Shown here: piece after piece, positions 47,881-61,879 of the stretch
Layout: every line of letters starts with the position of its first letter
How positions within the stretch are numbered: position 1 is the first letter of the stretch
From: Bispira polyomma
Taxonomy: Eukaryota
Length of the DNA: 64,000 nt
NCBI GenBank assembly: GCA_965649765.1
Contig: OZ287748.1
Span: 15,314,001-15,378,000 of the forward strand
Reading direction: 5' to 3'
The notes under the pieces: model-generated
Seen by the model: the letters and a program-made list of their open reading frames with translations, nothing else
Told to the model about the DNA's origin: nothing
Databases searched by the model: none
Position numbers and translations under genes: made by a program

Positions 47881-50049
47881 AACACTACAGATATAGAATA
47901 CGGCTGTTTTGATACGTGCGATTATTGGTAAGAGGTAATTTGTCAGAATTTTGAATAAACGTTTCAATATAAGTTAAAATGAATAGCCTGAAAACTTTTC
48001 TCTACTTTTGCTCCAACAAGTGAAGCCAATGATCGCAAAACTTAAAACAGAGTAATAAGACACAGGAACGCTGCTACACTGGATTCATAAGCACAATCGT
48101 CCCAATTCAGTAGAATAAAACTGTAAAATAAGAACTAAAATCACTAAAATCCATGTAAAAAGTCCAGCACATAATATTTTTGTCATATTTTTTTTGAAGC
48201 ACTGACCTTGGTAGTCCCTTCCTGCTACCTTGCACATTTCCTATCCAGTTTTATTAATTCATTCACCAAATGTTGAAACCAAATACACCAACTATTGTGG
48301 CATAGAAGTTTTTATTTTCGAAGGTATTCCATCCGCTTTTTGGTATTTCAGTAACTATAAAAAATCATTCCATGCTAAAGAAAAATATAAGGAATAAAAG
48401 TTTGATGTGCAGCTCAAACAAAAGGCTGGGTTGTATTAGAGTTTGGAAACATGGCATTATGCTTGTATATATGTGGACCCAAACTCTTTTGACCCCAAAA
48501 GAAGACTATAGCTGGCAACTGCAGGTAATTATTTTTGTAATATGCTAGAGATGGATGAAGTCACTAAAACACATACCACACACTACTTTTGGCATTCAAT
48601 AATCGCCTCTCATATAATTTTATAAACAGGGATTTCTGTAGTTTCCATCCCTGCCTAAAGGTCACACATACACGTCAAATGTTTTGCTCTTGATGTGTTT
48701 CTCTAGGAACCAGTCTTTGACGACAAAAAACAATGGAAGTTAAATAAAAATTATGATTTCCTTGTCCTAATTGATATGGGTGTTTCATACTTTATATTTG
48801 TTATGATATAAATAATCTCGCTTCATTGACTATTAGATCCAACATGAACGTATGGAAACAGAGCATTTTAGAATACGAAGAATGAATCAACTGGCCATTT
48901 CAATTCACATATTGTGTTTTCATCTTAGTTTATAAAATATTACTAAATTTGGGCTGATATAAATATATTTTTATGGGCAAATTCAAATGGAAGGAAAATG
49001 AACTGGTATTTGGTACAATATTTGGTACAATTATTGTACTACAGGAAAATAGCTTTGTTTTTTTACCTATTTTTTAAGAACTCCATTTACAAAAGGGCAT
49101 CATTTACTTCTGATAAAACAGTATTGAAAAAATGACTTTAGCAAGGAAATGAGGCAAATAAAGAGACATATAGTTAAAGAAAGTTATTTGCACAGTGCAA
49201 ACTATTAATTTTTATGTCTAATAAAAAAACCATCAACGTTTGATTACACAAAATCAACGTTGATTACACAAAATATTTATTGAAATGTACTATTTCTTCT
49301 GACTAAAATCTCTACAAATCTAAAGCTAAACTTAAACTCAACATTACTTATAAGGTCTACATACCTGGTGTGAGGGTGAAGTAAAGTAATATGTCATATA
49401 ATATTCAAGTGAATATGAATGTACACATATGATACTTAAAAAAACAAATATGTGTACTTTATGAAAGATCATTAAACAAAACTGCTTGTTTTTAAAATAT
49501 ACAAAAACATTTTTTTACTAATTTGGATTTAATTAATTTGGGTAGATCATAGATACCCAGTATACTTTGTTAGTTGTTATTTACACTACTTTAAATCTTA
49601 TTTTAATCAAATGGGCGTTAAATGTCACCTTAATGTATGGATCCTCTGTAGGTCCAAGTAAACCCACATAACAAATTTCAACCAAATCAGTGAAACAGAT
49701 TTTAGTAGTATTCTCTTGAAACCAAACTAAAAAGATATTGGTTTTGTTATCTTAAAGTCGCTCCTACTTTCCTAAACTAATGATCTCTTGGTTCAAACAT
49801 TCCTACTCACTAAACTGTTTGGCATTTATTTGTAACATTGCGTTTGTCATTGTAAAGCCTCTACCATTTTTTAAAAAACAGGACTTTAATATTATCTTGA
49901 AATAAAAACCCTCTCTTTGTTTAAGTACATCCACATACCAAATTTGAACAAAACCTGTACAAATATATTGTTAGTATCGTCTAGAAATGAAAAAAAAAAT
50001 CAACAGTAAAAATCAACAATTTTTTTTGTCAAACGTCTGTCCTTGAGCA

Positions 50050-50985
50050 GTTCTAATCCACATTCACATAAAAGACATTTATGTTTAATAGCTTTATAGG
50101 CCCCAGTAATTGTTCAGCAAAATTGTTGTTGTATCGATTCTAACATCTTTTGTTGTTCAACAGAGCAGCTATCATACAATTCTTCCCCATACTCTAATAT
50201 AGGTCTTGCATAGCTCACATATATCTGTCTCTTGGCTAAACGGGGCAGCTTGAATGACAATCGCTTTAGCTGAGATAGTATTTTGAGTGCTTTATCTGCT
50301 ATATTTTCTAAATGATTGTTCCATGTCATATTAGAATTAAATGTTACTCCAAGATGGGTCAGACAGCTTACTTTTTTAAGTTTACTGTCGCTCAGATACA
50401 GATCAGGATTATCTGTTGGTGTCAAATTTCTTTGAAAATATTATGTATTTTTTTTGCCGATTTATTTAAACAATCAAGGTCTTTATTAAGGAGCAAGAAA
50501 TCACATTCAAGACTTGATATTGGCCTACACAAAGATGTGTCATCTGCATATAGAAAACTTTCAGACTCAAGATCATCAGCTTTATCATTAAAATAAATTA
50601 AGAAAAGTAATGGACCAAGGATAGACCCCTGTGGGACCCCACAATTAATGTCAATATAATTAGAACTCTTACCCCCATCACAACTCTTTGTTTCCTATTT
50701 TTTAAGTAATCTTTTAACCATTGAAACAGTGTGCCACCAATTCCAATTTTTTAAGTTTATGTAATATACCGAGGTGCCAAACTCCATCAAAAGCTACTGT
50801 GGCATCAAGTGACACAAAGCAACAGTCCTATCCATTTTCTAAAGCACTATAAATTTTATGAGTGATGGCAATGAGCTGATTAATAGTTGAGTCCCGAGGT
50901 TTATAGCCGGCGTTCTTCCAAGTTAAAATATTATTTTGGATACAGTAGTTATACAGGTAAGAAAAGACTATTCGTTCCAATTCAC
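50050..50985 (-). mobile_element. Degraded LINE (CR1/L2-type) ORF2 reverse transcriptase fragment
   Basis: ERIVF..QLIAITHKIYSAL, LDATVAFDGVWH, GVPQGSILGPLLFLIY, LYADD, HLGVTFNSNMTW, RPILEYG. Confidence 0.85.
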
Positions 50986-51955
50986 CCTCCACAGTATGCT
51001 TGTTATGTAATAGTTTATTATTAACTAATTTGACAGTATGCTGTTTCTTGTCAGGTAATTGCTTTCTAAGTTCTTGCATTTTGGGTACTTGAGCTTGTCG
51101 CTGTTCTCTTATTATTGAAGGCAACTGTTCAGTCACACTAAACCGAGTTCCCTTTAAGTGGCTTTCTATTTGTATGAGGACTTGGACTGGAGGTTTCTGT
51201 AGAACTAAAAGATGTATCCTGCAATTTCCTGACTGTTCCTCCTCTATTCATAAAAAAACAAGCACAAAACTTATACATAAACAAGTGTGAGAGATTTCCT
51301 AATGTAATATTACATAGCAAATATAATCCACATTCCTAATTATATACACAGCATGCACTGGGTTGTATCCCCATTCAGGTTAATACACTCAGTACAATGT
51401 CTTTGCATAGTCACAAGAGTGTTCTGGGTCATAATCCACCTATTCCAATGTGGTCATGCAGATCTAAGCCCTCAGAAAGAGTGGGAAAACCTGGAAAAGC
51501 AAGTCATCTAGAATACTGTTGTGACTATTGAAACACATTATATGGAGTGTATAGACCTGAATGGGAGTAGAACCCACTATGAAAAGGTAATTTTTTAATA
51601 AATTGGCAAGTTAAAGACAATTTTCATTTTCTGGACATCTGTGACTTTAGATTTCTTGCCCATCAAATGATTTTCTGTGTTATGTTGTAAGGAAGATTTT
51701 TTTTGGAAGCGACGAGCTAATAATAACAAAAATGGATATGTTAATTAAAATACATATCAAAATAATTAAAATTCTCCACACTTTTTAAATTACCTACATT
51801 TATATGCCTGAGTCCTATTTTATTTTGATCAGTGTATATAAAGTTCTGCTTTTGAGGGGAATCCGTCTGATTGGCTTTTTGCTAGGATGATATGGAAATT
51901 GTAGTAAAGCCCCCATTTGCTATGGGTTAAAGTAGTAGTTAACATTTCTGTGTGA

Positions 51956-52212
51956 TGAATTGAATTGAATTTGGATATTTAACATCCACTCTAGTACCTG
52001 TTTAGGTTATATTGGGACGGGTAGTTGGAAACGCTAGAGAAAATACCACATACAGTTGATCAAGGTTCTGCACTGAAACCCGCAGCCCACAGTAAGAAAC
52101 TACCACCTTTCCCACATAGGCATCGACAGGATTCGAACTCACGCCGCCCAGAGGTGAGAGACCAGTGATTGTGAAGCGCAATGCTTGCTAACCACTAGGC
52201 CACCGCAGCCCC
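51956..52212 (-). mobile_element. tRNA-derived SINE, full length
   Basis: Reverse-complement copy of 58526-58780 with A-box, B-box and (aattc)n tail. Confidence 0.9.
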
Positions 52213-53081
52213 ATCACATTTTAGAGAAAACAATATTTGTATGGAATTACTGACACACATACATATAACATTTGGCATACATAATGTTAATGTTTATAAT
52301 ACTCAACATATATTTTTTGCATGGTATACCTTAGAGCACTTGTAAAATGGCAAAATCCAGCTTAACATAAAAAGCGTTTGTGAATTACTCTTTTTTACAA
52401 TGTCACAGTATTAAAAGAGATGTTTTAAGGTGTCACACATACCACAATATTCAAAATCTGATGATTTAATTTGATTCCACAAAATCAGGTTGTACTTGCA
52501 TGTTACAAATCTATTAATAAATACTGTATTGAAAGATGTGGGTCCAGACTAAAGTTTCTAAAACGAATAATATGCTTTCTGTGTATTCACAACAGAAGGA
52601 AATGATTCAGAGAATGACAAATAGTTTTACCAAACCAATAGTACAGGATTTGTTTGCACAATACTTTTTGATCTTGAAGGCCACACATCAATAATGCTTG
52701 ATGTGTCTATTTATTAGTACAATTACCAGGTCTTTTGTTTAGAAGTCTTAGAATCAATAATCATGTTTTTAAAATCAACCATTTTAAGACCTTCACATGG
52801 TGGGGGATGTGGGATGAAGTAAACTAGCAGACCTCTATTGGGTCAAGCTATGGAATGGCTATCTGTAAATAGGGTACACAAAAATATCATTAATTGCAGG
52901 AAAGTATTGAGGGAAGGAAATGTAAAGCTAATTTATCTTGTGGATAAATAAAGTAACCTTTTGTAGCATTGCTGCTGTTTTGAATTTTGGGAAAATGTCA
53001 AAGTTTGCTCTTTGATGATTGTCTATTGATGTCATTTAAAATATTGTGGATCTACAATATTAAAATAAATAAGAATTTCAG

Positions 53082-53411
53082 GAGCCACTCCACGTGTCAT
53101 CATCACTCAAGGCACTGAAATTAGCCTGGCCACAGCGGCAATCAAGTCAGGGAGTGTGGGCCTAACTCACACTGATAATGTGGATACTGCCCCTCCACAT
53201 ACAGGCATGGATGACGAGGAGGAGGATAATTATGAGGGGCTAAGCAAGAAGGCAAAGGTAATCGACCAACTGTCAGATGACCAGGAGAAGCAGTTGCTTG
53301 AGTGCTTTGCACCGCAGCCCCTCTTCTATAACCAGTTGCTCCGTGACTTTAAGAACAGGGCCAAGAAGTCCCGGTTGATGGCCAGACAGGGAGAGAGCAT
53401 GGGGCTCACTG
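53082..53411 (+). pseudogene. Exon encoding a MADF/Myb-SANT-like domain, probably the DNA-binding gene of a decayed Harbinger-type transposon extending to ~55640
   Basis: tttcag| acceptor and |gtaagt donor; LSDDQEKQLLECF..QPLFYN..DFKNRAKK..GESMGLT resembles the MADF N-half; the downstream segment at ~53653-53800 (PRMSFCDWIGLE) is broken. Confidence 0.55.
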
Positions 53412-54163
53412 GTAAGTTGTATTTAATATCTTTTTAAAATTGTGTCGGCAGGTATTTCAGTTTTACATTAGGCTTAGATTGTAATGTAATGTTTGTAATT
53501 TTTAAGAAACTTGTTAAATGTTGTGTAATTATCTAATTTAGTTTAGCTTTACAATATCAAGTGACTGGCAGTAAAATTTCTTATTATACCGGTTTTTGGT
53601 AGTAATAAGTTATCATAGTATCTAATTAAAATTGCGACTGCATTTATTTTAGGTTTACATTCAAGTGCCCGGAGGATTGATGACGCCATTATACAGCTGG
53701 CCAACCATTTCACCATCTCTCAACACACCGATTCGCTGCTGGTGACTGTGGCCAACAACCCCAGAATGTCTTTTTGCGACTGGATTGGACTGGAGTCTTC
53801 TCCCAGCCCACGGTATGGCCTTCCTCTACTCCATTATGGTAAAATGAGATAACTGGTCAACCAAAGCCTACTGTTAACCTAAAACACATGCAGTTGCAGT
53901 TATAATTATATATTAATATAACTTTTTACTATTAACTTATTATTCCTCTGCTCCTTCCTTTCCTCCTGGCCAAGCATCGGATTTAAGTTCGTTCACACCA
54001 CCAAACATCTGGTCACCATCAACACCACAACCAGAACAGCTGAAACTAACACAGAGCAGTTGTAGGACTCTTATTACCTCGGGCATATTAACCATGCTGG
54101 ACAGCAAACAGGGGCAACGGACCTTAAGGTCAGCCCACTCAAACGAATGAGGCCGGCACTGGA

Positions 54164-55010
54164 GATATTGTGCCCTACATCTATTCAGGTGACCAAAGTA
54201 GTGGTGGCCAGGCACAGCAGTAGACGGGGGACATCGGTGGTTGTGTGACTGTTATGTAAGTGGGGTGGGGTTGTAGTGAGAACTGTGACATTGTGAGATT
54301 TGTGAGACTATGACCTATGCATGTATATAATATTCAAGTGGATGTTAAATCAATTTATTTTATGTTACTTGCTGAATTTTTTACTTCAAATAAATTAATG
54401 CATTCCAAATTTACCTTCATGAAATCATCTTGAACATTTCAAACTTGACCTTTGGTGTATAAATTAATATTAATATTGAAATGTTGAAGTTAAACACCAA
54501 AGGTCAAGTTCAAATTTGAAATGTTAAAGTTATACACCAAAGGTCAAGTTTGAAATGTTAAAGTTAAACACCAAAGGTCAAGTTTGAAATGTTAAAGTTA
54601 AACATCAAAGGGCGAGTTTGAAATGTTAAAGTTATACACCAAAGGTCAAGTCACACAACCACTGATGTCCCCCGTCTACTGTGCCTGGCCACCACTACTT
54701 TGGTCACCCGAATAGACGTAGGTCACAATATCAATCAATTAATAATAAATTAATGCATTCCAAATTTACCTTCATGAAATCATCTTAAACATTTCAAACT
54801 TAACCTTTGGTGTTTAGTGGGGTGGGATTGTGACCTACATCTATTTCAAACTTGTCCTTTAGTGTATAACTTGAACATTTCAAACTTGACCTTTGGTATG
54901 AAACTTTAACATTTCAAATTTGAACTTGACCTTTGGTGTTTAACTTGAACATTTCAAACTTGAACTTGGCCTTTGGTGTATAACGTGAAAATTTTGTATC
55001 CAATGTTGAC
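54164..55010. repeat. Foldback structure: ~85-bp inverted repeat plus 32-bp satellite in both orientations
   Basis: 54164-54250 is inverted at 54649-54732; units caccaaaggtcaagtttgaaatgttaaagtta at 54475-54650 and their complement at 54845-54985. Confidence 0.85.
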
Positions 55011-56641
55011 CTTTTGTAGATATATTTTTTGGCTGTGCCAAAGGTTTCAGAGACCATCATGCTTAAGGTTTACCACAACATTTGGAAATCAGACAAGGTC
55101 AAGTTCATAGTCTTATGGTCATCACAAATGCCGACTTCAAATAATAAATGTTGTGAAGTGTCATGCTTAAGGTTTACCACAAGATTTATTATTTGGAAAT
55201 CAGACTAGGTTAAGCTTATAGTCTCCTGTAGTCCCACAGAATACTAGGTCATCACAAATCCCAACCCTCCCATGTCTCTCTCACAAACACAAACACACCA
55301 TAGTGCGGAAAACGGTGACTAGTCTCTGATAGTCACACCCTGATCTCAGACTAGACGCCGACAATCACACAGAGGTATTCGCAAGTCGCCAACCATTGCA
55401 CAACCAGTCCCTACAGATCTCAGATGATCGCTACAAGCTCTGGAGAGCTGCCGTGGATTGAATGTTGGTCATCGCCGGAGTGGTAGGCGACAGGTGGCCA
55501 ACCCCAAAAAGCTGAATTTAGGTGTGACTGCTACAAAAAATCTTTAAAATATCCCAGGTAGTCGCTAGTGATCAGCCGTTTTTCTTTGATTTCCAGCTCG
55601 CAGCAGCTCTGCTACTGGTCGGGAGGGCTGTGTGGCATTATACCCGTCCAGGAGAATAACTAACTGGAAAAAATAACTGGAAATACAATAATATACTGTC
55701 GTTTTAAAATAGACTTAAAGTATTTAAGCCTTCTGATATAATGAACTCCTACATATGCACTCATCTATTATTATACCGGAAGTGTTGTCTATTAATCGCT
55801 AAACAAAAGCATGCACATTTGAACTAATAAAACTTTTCTTAACTGCCGAAGGCCAACCAGTACCACTTAAGTATCATTTTCCTAACTGAAGGGAGAGGAT
55901 TGAGGATGCCATTTAATCAACTCTTCCCAAGATATTTAGCCTGATGCTAAGAAAAGCACCCAATAGCAGAGGATATCCATTTTAATGTGCCTCACTATGT
56001 GTGAACTGATGCACTACAGTAATTTTTTGATATGACACTAGTTATTTTCTTATCCATATATACGGTTTAGTTGAACATTTAACATCAGTAAACTAGGGTC
56101 ATCTTTACCAAAGTTCTTAAACACCTGCCGTGGTCTACCCTTGTGCACAATAATGATATCTAAAATATGATTACATATTCAAGTTTTTCAATTAAAAGTT
56201 CTATCAAAATAAATGGTGATTTCCATTGATAACGAAATCTATATGTATGGTACTCGAGCTAAAGCATTAAAATTGAGAACTTATTTTAAACAATTACCAT
56301 TATGACAACTATAAATTATTCTATGTTGATGTTGTTTTCTGTTATGTTTGTAATTACAGTGTTATTCCTTTAAAACTGTATATCGTTAATGCAGTGTTTC
56401 TCTGATGTGTTGTGTGTGTATTGGAAATTAAACTAAACAGCAGTCACGGGTTTGCAAAATAGAAAAAGATTGTTGAAGAAATAACCTTAAACAATTGTTA
56501 GCTATCTTCTAGAGATAAAGTATGTATGTGTATACCAACAGATGTACACCAGACTACTGATAAATATCTGTCCATAACTCAAATAACTGAAATTATCTGT
56601 GACAATACCTTAGTTCATCTTGTCAGTGTTCATCAGCAAAT

Positions 56642-56695
56642 ATGATTTATATTTGGTTATTAGTTCTGCTTTTATCCGTCTTCAGTTTTTCAAAA
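56642..56695 (+). CDS. C1qDC gene exon 1 (signal peptide MIYIWLLVLLLSVFSFSK)
   Basis: ATG, hydrophobic stretch, then a perfect |GTAAGT donor, phase 0, compatible with exon 2. Confidence 0.7.
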
Positions 56696-57559
56696 GTAAG
56701 TATTTATTTATTTTATTTTCCCAAAGACAACGCTTTAGTTATTGTCACCGTTTTTAATGTGTCTGTAAACTCTTTCAAACTAAACCGAATAATCAATTTC
56801 TTTTGGCAAGATTTTTTTTGATGGAAGGATGATGAAAACAGGCAGAAATGAGTACAACAAAATGTTTTATAAATCTCACAGAGCAAACATAGCTATAGAA
56901 AATAGGGCTGAATAAAATTGGTTTCTATATTTTGTCCTACAAATTTGTTTTAAGTATCAGTTGGAGGATCCTATTGGGATTTTTTGGAATGAAATAGTTT
57001 ACAATAATAAAGTATCTTTTATTTAATATATGTCACAAAAAAAAACAACATTTAATAAGCACACCAACTTTGGTAATGTACTGACTTTGTGTGACTTTAT
57101 TTAAAGAATTAAACCTATCCCTTTCCAACACATAACAGTCCAGTCACTTGTAGGCTGAACTACCTCAAAGAAATAGACCATATACCATTAATAGTAGGAA
57201 AATTGATAATCCAAATAGTAAGTGAAGATTAAACAGCTCAAAATTTATACCATTCTTTAATGTTTTGGACTTATTACTATGCTATGCTACTATTTTTTGC
57301 AAGCATTATATCTCCCGCACAGTGTGGGCCTCAAATCAGTATTGATCATTTCCATTATTTTATTATTAAAAAGCGTAGACCTTGGACAAGTGAGTGACAT
57401 CAGGAAATAGTGTGGCAGCCACGACGGTAAATAAATGTTAACTGAAAGCTTGGTTGAATAAAAACAAATTTTTAGTCTTTTTGACAAAACTGAGAGTCAT
57501 GAAGTGGTTGTGATATCTGGAGGAAGGGAACTTGACAAGCTGATGCTGTGTGAAAGAAG

Positions 57560-57657
57560 GATCAACTGTATGCAGTGTTTCCTCCAGCGTTTCCAACTAC
57601 CCGTCCCGATATAACCTAAACAGGTACTAGAGTGGACGTTAAATATCCAAATTCAAA
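57560..57657 (+). mobile_element. 5'-truncated copy of the tRNA-SINE (intron 1)
   Basis: Matches the 3' ~100 bp of 58526-58780. Confidence 0.9.
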
Positions 57658-58525
57658 GTTTGCTGTTTACCAATAAATCTGAAAACAAGTGAACGTGATG
57701 GAAAATCCATATAAAATTAAAATACCAGTACTACTTTTATTACTACTAATAATATAGCAATCTATTTTTATAGCTTTAATCTAGGGCATGTTTTAAAGAG
57801 AAGCTAGGGACCAAGGTGGTGCAGTGGTAAGACAAGGGGGTGACGATTCTATATATTAACAATGCCTCATTTGGAAAAGTTTGGTTTTAAACATTTTTAT
57901 GTGCCTGTGAATATTGCTTTCCACAAGAACATTTTCTTGTAAAATCCTCAAATGAACTAATTATTTTTTATAACATTTCTTATTTTTCAAAATTGTACTT
58001 GGTTATTTGTTGCACATGATAGGTGTTTAGTATTCAAATTTTTACTGGCACATGTAAATATATAATATATTGTATTCATCAAAATAAAATTTAGTGGAGA
58101 GAACATTTTGTCATTTCAGTGGTATCCGAAAATAAGAGTGGTAATTTTTTTTTACTTCAATGCATATTGAAAAGAGGTGCGTGATACTCTCATAATAGTG
58201 CTTACATATTCAACATAGGTCTAAAGTTATTATTTTTAGTTTATTTAAATTAATATTGATATTAAAGGTATTTAATAGGAAATCAAACAATCAAACTAAC
58301 ACAGTTTGCAGACAACACCACTTTAATACTTGATGGAAGTAAGTGTTCTTTGCAGGCAACTTTGAATGTATTAGAAATATTTTAGATTTATCAGGACTAA
58401 AGATGAACTTGGAAAAAAGTAAACTTATCTTGATTGGTTGTAAGAAACTTTTTACTCATTTGTGTCTATCTATTCCTACTCCTGATCATAATAATTTACT
58501 GTATAATTATCCTTGAAGTGGGGGG

Positions 58526-58780
58526 GGGGCCGCGGTGGCCTAGTGGTTAGCAAGCATTGCGCTTCACAATCACTGGTTTCACCTCTGGGCGGCGTGAGTT
58601 CGAATCCCGTCGATGCCTATGTGGGAAAGGTGGTAGTTCCTTACTGTGGGCCGCTGGTTTCTCTGCAGAACATTGACCGACTGTATGCAGTGTTTCCTCC
58701 AGCGTTTCCAACTACCCGTCCCAATATAACCTTCTGAAAGGTACTAGAGTGGACGTTAAATATCCAAATTCAAATTCAAA
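58526..58780 (+). mobile_element. tRNA-derived SINE, full length (intron 1)
   Basis: A-box tggcctagtgg (58536-58546), B-box gagttcgaatcc (58596-58607), tail caaattcaaattcaaa; three copies in the window. Confidence 0.9.
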
Positions 58781-58915
58781 CTGTGGATACAGTCCGCCAC
58801 TGAGGAATCCTTATTTTCTACATAATAATTATGGTTGTAATGTATTGTATTACTTTGTATAATTTTAATATGTTGTAATCAAATTTAAAAATTATTACAT
58901 GAATATTTTGTCCAG

Positions 58916-59063
58916 GCTGAAGACAACCAATATGAGTTTTTACTACAGACAGTTAGTCAGCTTGCCCGAGAAATAGATCTAGTGAAACAAAAGACAAGTC
59001 AGTTAGAAAAAGATCATGAAGTTCAAATAGCAGCTCTCAACGAAAAGATAGATAAACAGAATG
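58916..59063 (+). CDS. C1qDC gene exon 2 (coiled coil)
   Basis: ttttgtccag| acceptor; AEDNQYEFLLQTVSQLAREIDLVKQKTSQLEKDHEVQIAALNEKIDKQN; phase-1 donor G|GTGAGA. Confidence 0.7.
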
Positions 59064-60502
59064 GTGAGATAGTTTAACTCCAATCAAAGTCCCGGCAAAG
59101 TAGGTAATACAGTATTTACTCAGTATATCAGAATATATTGAAAGAGTACCAATTAGGGTAATGGGAGAAGGAGTTTCCCCAAAATGATTTATATATGAAG
59201 CTGTAGAGTTTGGATATCACATATTTAGAGATGATTCTGTTTTGACAAAATTTTACAAAGGTTAAAATTGTGAACATTTTACAATTGTGGTGTAGCTTTA
59301 ACATGTTATCAAGACCAATTGAAAAATATCATTCTGAACAGATCGAATTGAGGATAGGCCACCTCCTGAAGTCCTTTGGCTATTACCTTGTCTTTTGAAT
59401 GTTTTCTCGCGAACAGATATTTTATCCTAATTAAACCTAATATTAGAAAATAAGCCAGTATATCAGTGCTGCTTGTGAAGAAAACATATACCATCAAGAC
59501 ACTATGTAATATCACTTACATATCGTTCCTACTACGTTTTTAATTTGTTTAATATGCAAAAGGCCTTGCGCTTGGATCAGGGGTGAAATACTGTATGAAT
59601 AAAATTTTCATGTTTTTTTATTTTTTTACCATTGGGTTTCGTATTCTGATTTCTGAGTGTCCTGAATACGCCATACACATAATTAATGTTTTTGCACTGT
59701 TTTGGAAAAAAACTATTACATTACCTGGACATTAACCCCCTCTTTAGTTGTCACAGAATGGATTTTAACAAAGTAATGTTTAAATTACACATATTTTTGT
59801 ATGTTGGACAATAAGATTAAAATATGAATTTAATATTAATCGCCTATGTGCACAAAACGTGTGTTTGTAAGAAAGCCTTCTCATATGGTATTATGTTTAT
59901 GTAGAAGCTTTTTATGAGCCAATCTGTCTTCATATCCGCCTTATTCTCTAGACAGTTTGCACTGAATAGTTAAGGCGTTGTGTAATTTTTCTGGCTGTTA
60001 GTCCAGCTGTTGTTAGCTAAATAATCACATCTCTTTCTCTCCCCTCTCTCTCTTGTTCTTTTAACAACCTCAAACTACAAACACATTGTTTAAAGTATCA
60101 ATAATAGAGTATAACGTAATAATTTATGGAAATAAAATGTAATGAATAATCCATACTGTCACAACAAATCAGACAACTAGATGGGAGTGACAGGTTTATT
60201 ATCCAGTGGTGTGTCTTTACTGTTTATATTGTCACAAGCTAGTATTGGTGTCTGAATATAACATCCACCTCTAAGTTCATTGTTTGTTCAACAAGTCAAA
60301 ATGTTAATGTCACTACATTCAGAAACTTGAGGTAACAAATTTTAATACTATTAGATTACTGTTTGCAATCACATGGGAACTACATATGATGTGCAGTGCT
60401 TTATACATATAAAATCAACATAATATCTATCTATCTAATATCAGCTATAATTAGTAGCTACATTAATCAAACTCTTCCATCATCTTCTATTTTCCTGACA
60501 TT

Positions 60503-60640
60503 GTGACTTAGTGGGTAACAAACTAGTTTGGGAACACAGGGAACTGGGTTTGATCCTAGCCTCAGATGACAACACATAGAATGGCAGTCATCTGTCATAA
60601 GGGTCCTATACACACTGGTAGGCTAAAGATCCTTGGGAAT
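60503..60640 (+). mobile_element. Possible degenerate tRNA-SINE
   Basis: gtgacttagtgggtaa (A-box-like) and gggtttgatcc (B-box-like). Confidence 0.35.
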
Positions 60641-60798
60641 ATTGATCAATGGCCATTCCCAAGCATCTCTATTCAGTCAAGGGAATCATAATCTGGTTGC
60701 TGGTTGGCTGTTAGCAGTTAAGAAAAGACTGTATCATCATTTTAATTACTAGTGCATATAAATACAAATGAAATGACATATTTTTGTTTTAAAAACAG

Positions 60799-61052
60799 GT
60801 CGGATGAACTTTATTGGCTTTACAGCATATAGTACTGTCGAGTTAGAATTACATGAGGGGGACATTGCTGTGTTTAACACGGTAGAAACCAATGTGGGGG
60901 GTGGTTATAACACTGCCACAGGGATGTTTACTTGTCCCACTACGGGTCTTTACTTCTTTGGTACAGCATCATATTCTAATCCAGACACAATTGTTGAAAT
61001 GCGGTTAGTGAAGGAGGAAGTCGGAGTGATTGGTTCATTGGCGGATGTTGCG
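60799..61052 (+). CDS. C1qDC gene exon 3 (gC1q N-part)
   Basis: IGFTAY..AVFNTVETNVGGGYNTATGMFTCPTTGLYFF, a classic C1q signature; cag| phase 1, |gtatgt phase 0. Confidence 0.9.
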
Positions 61053-61879
61053 GTATGTTCTATGATATATTTTGTCATCATTTTATAGTTTTTAAACTGC
61101 CTCTTAGTGTGCTTCACCTTACCTTAGCTATATTCTATTTAACTTACTGCAGTATGTTTTGTCAGGCTCCGCCAACATGCGCAATAGCAAGCAGTACTTA
61201 CTAGAAATAGGTTAATAGAATGACTTTAGTAGGTACTAACACTTATCAAATTGGCACAAATATTTTCAGCTTACATGTCCAAAATTATTTATTTAAACAT
61301 TAAATTATACATGTTTTTTTATATATTCATCTAAACATATAAAAACACATATAAACAAAACTTAACCTGTTAAATATATAAAACTATATTGAGACTAATG
61401 TATTTGTCTATTCTACATGACCTTCACCCAACTGCTTGAAAACAGACTGTACTGTACTCTATAATCATACACCTACTAATATAATCCCCATGGAATTAGA
61501 TTTAGTAATGTGCTAGTTTATCAAAACAAAGAATTCAATAATCTAATATAATTTAGTTCATTTATATATAAGATAAGCTATTGTAGTTCTTATTATAATA
61601 GTTTGTTTACAAATAACTTCAATTACTTACTGAAGTTATCACAGCATATATGTGGGTAAATTCAGTACTTATGTTTTTTCCAGTAAGTACCACTCGAATG
61701 GTACCCATTGAGCACTGCTGACAAAAAACAAGAAAAGTACTTATGGAAACAACTAATCGAATACAGCTATTCAGTGCTCTGACCTGGAGTTTGAAGATTT
61801 GACCTTGATTAAAACTAGCAGTTGGGATTATTCTACTACTACACATAGAGTTAACTGGTTAAAATATTAATATCTAACA

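Larger units (their letters stand above)
43420..48000 (-). mobile_element. YR retrotransposon 3, decayed, tail-to-tail with element 2
   Basis: gag from ATG 47880 (CEACGGHHQKPTNDKC), RT (SPFMTREKP, KTDISKAF, YTDD), RNase H (ELDAC, HLEM, ADLLSR) and YR (KWSKT, HTFQRSGA, HGTW, WKY) with stops and deletions. Confidence 0.9.

Noticed and set aside
51360-51575. ~21-bp imperfect inverted repeat (ggttgtatccccattcaggt / acctgaatgggagtagaacc)
   Set aside because: Single copy and no TSD identified; not enough for a MITE call.
58526-58615. tRNA gene
   Set aside because: A/B boxes are present but there is no proper cloverleaf, and it continues into a body and tail shared by three dispersed copies; it is a SINE.
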